Below are positions 62,147 through 64,000 of a stretch of 64,000 nucleotides of DNA, in pieces. Position numbers and translations under genes: made by a program. The stretch spans positions 19,468,001 through 19,532,000 of the forward strand of contig NC_047068.1 in the NCBI RefSeq assembly GCF_902459465.1. Reading direction: 5' to 3'. The DNA comes from Asterias rubens. Taxonomy: Eukaryota. The notes beneath the pieces are model-generated. The model ran no database searches. It was given only the letters and a program-made list of their open reading frames with translations, and was not told the origin of the DNA. Position 1 is the first letter of the stretch. Every line of letters starts with the position of its first letter.

Positions 62147-63510
62147 ATGGCCGAAGCTTCTGCCCAACCAACTACTTGCTTCTCAGAGGACCTTTCCAAT
62201 GAACTGAAAGCCCTTCGATCCATCTTTACTGCAGAAGGAGAAATCTCTGTGGATGATCTAGGGCCAGGAGGGGACTACTGCTTTGTGGTTCAGTTGAAGC
62301 CCAGGGACATTGATGTTGGGTTGCAGTTTTTAATTCCGGGTAAGTTTGTTTTCTTCCTGACTGAGTGAGTGGCGGAAAACATAAGGGGCATCAATGTAAT
62401 AGACTGTATTGAATAACCCCATTGTTGCTATGCAGCGTATGCGCGTCACAATCTCAAAAAGCGCCCTCACTGAGGTCAAAGGAGGCAAATCATCAGAGGG
62501 TAGCTGTGCTTTGTGTGTAAAATACATACGTGCAAGACCTCAGCACCCCTATATCGTTTGGCTTTATGCAAGGGGTCTACATGTACATATTGTCTTTCTG
62601 TATTGTGCACAGAAACCTATACTCGCACATTGCTTGGTTAAAGTGCAATCTAACAGGTGCATACAGAACATAAGGTATTAAAAAAAGAAAGTATGTAGAG
62701 AAGTAAAGGCTATTTAGTATTTTGTTTGTGGATGGGTGATTAGCTAAGGGTGACACCGCTTAGTTTGTTCTTCGAGACATTCAGGGTTGGTGCCTTCATA
62801 ACTTGCTTGGGCAGTGAATTCCACAGATGGGTGATGTCTTGGAAGAAGGAGCCTTTCAGTAAAGATGGTGTTGGTGAAACGAGGAGGTTCGTGTTATGTC
62901 CTAAGGTGGATGAATTGGAATTAGCTGGTTGAGTTTGTTGATTACCTGGTACATCATTGTTACTTTGGAAATGGTTCTTCAATGTTGTGGTGGAACAAAG
63001 ACAATGACCTCTTAGTCTTTTTCATCAAGATTCAAGTATGATTCCAGTCTCAATGCAACCCCCCCCCCCCGATTTAGGCAGAGGGATGTGCTATGTGTGC
63101 ATCAGAGCATGTACTTTGACAACTATCAAAGGTGTCCAGTTCCTTTAGGGGGATGCAACTTTTTATTTCAATATCAAGTAATAAAACAGAGGGGCGACTG
63201 GCTGGGTAAATATTTAAATTCTGTTGTTTCTTAATTATTATCTGTAAACACATCACATTCATTCTTACAGAGTCGTATCCCAAGACCATTCCCAAGGTGG
63301 AGATTCTGCCGGAGGAAGGAGAGACTTGTGATCTCCACGATGATGATCCAGGCCTGACCCAGCTTCTAGAGGTCATGTATCGCTCAGCCAAGGACTTTGT
63401 TGGGGAACCAATGATGTACAGTCTGCTTGATGTGGCCAAGAACTGGCTGGAGGAATCTTCTACTGGAGGGGGAGGCCAGGAAGGAGATCTTAAGGAAGCA
63501 TCAGTCACAG
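62147..63510 (+). CDS. RWD-domain protein, first two coding exons (62147-62339, 63271-63510); gene continues beyond the window
   Basis: ELKALRSIF ... LQFLIPESYPKTIPKVEI ... GEPMMYSLLDVAKNWL matches RWD motifs (E..AL.SI, YP..P, G.PM...L); G|GTAAG, CAG| and G|GTATAT junctions in phase. Probable 5' UTR exon ends at 61356 (AAC|GTGAGT). Confidence 0.85.
62720..62990 (-). mobile_element. LINE ORF2 C-terminal fragment in RWD gene intron
   Basis: Peptide GSFFQDITHLWNSLPKQVMKAPTLNVSKNKL shows the SFF..WN.LP..FK..L pattern of CR1/L2-clade RT C-termini. Confidence 0.7.
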
Positions 63511-63591
63511 GTATATTTGGAATTTGTTTTCTCTTCTCACAGAATGTGGTAGACACAAAACACACACGTCCACGAATTTACACTAAACTTA

Positions 63592-63747
63592 AGGTCCGGT
63601 CACACAGGCCCCGATAACGAGAACGCGAACGATATAAAAAATGCACGCCCTTGATTGGTTGAATGAGCGTGGGCGTATTCTGCATTTATGAAGCATTTTT
63701 ATCGTTATTGTTTTCGTTCTAGTTATCGGGCCTGTGTGATCGGGCCT
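63592..63747. mobile_element. PIF/Harbinger-like MITE, TTA TSD
   Basis: TTA|AGGTCCGGTCACACAGGCCCCGATAAC ... GTTATCGGGCCTGTGTGATCGGGCCT|TTA. Confidence 0.75.
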
Positions 63748-64000
63748 TTACACAGTTTAAAGATAATGATGGTACAAATCTTAGGAGAAATGTGGGAATT
63801 TACATTCTTCTAACAAAATGGGGGGGGGGGGGGGGGTTATGTGATAGTCATTTTTCTCTAGTCGATCCCATAACATAACACTACAGCCAATTGTATCCCC
63901 TCTTCTCAAACTGATACTAGTTGTTTGGTGATTTGTTATCTTCTGTGCGACAAACTGTTATGTTGTCCTGGACATCCCACTGTTGTTTTACTTAAGTCTT

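Overview
AT-rich animal genomic DNA with spliceosomal introns, not a prokaryote. The repeat content suggests an invertebrate deuterostome, possibly an echinoderm (inference). Six protein-coding genes form three head-to-head pairs, with exons reconstructed by hand from splice sites and reading frame. Pair 1 is an OATP/SLCO transporter (-, first coding exon only) and an intronless class A GPCR (+). Pair 2 is a 116-aa plant-type FKBP12 (-, 4 exons, last intron a U12 AT-AC intron) and HAUS2 (+, 5 exons). Pair 3 is DHX40 (-, 17 exons, 748 aa) and an RWD-domain gene (+, runs off the window). Between DHX40 and the RWD gene lies an approximately 17-kb stack of tandem arrays with 650, 43, 207, 145 and 185 bp units. 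The 207/145/185-bp families share sequence modules, and the 207-bp monomer reads like a complete exon plus intron. Introns are dense with TTAA Kolobok-like, Harbinger-like, Merlin-like and TA-flanked MITEs, tRNA-derived SINEs and LINE tails. The most notable items are four Penelope-type minimal hammerhead ribozyme motifs in DHX40 introns (two with intact cores, one of them sense to the pre-mRNA), the AT-AC intron in a plant-like FKBP12, and the splice-signal and hairpin-bearing satellites. No database search or folding program was run; homology calls are from recalled family motifs.
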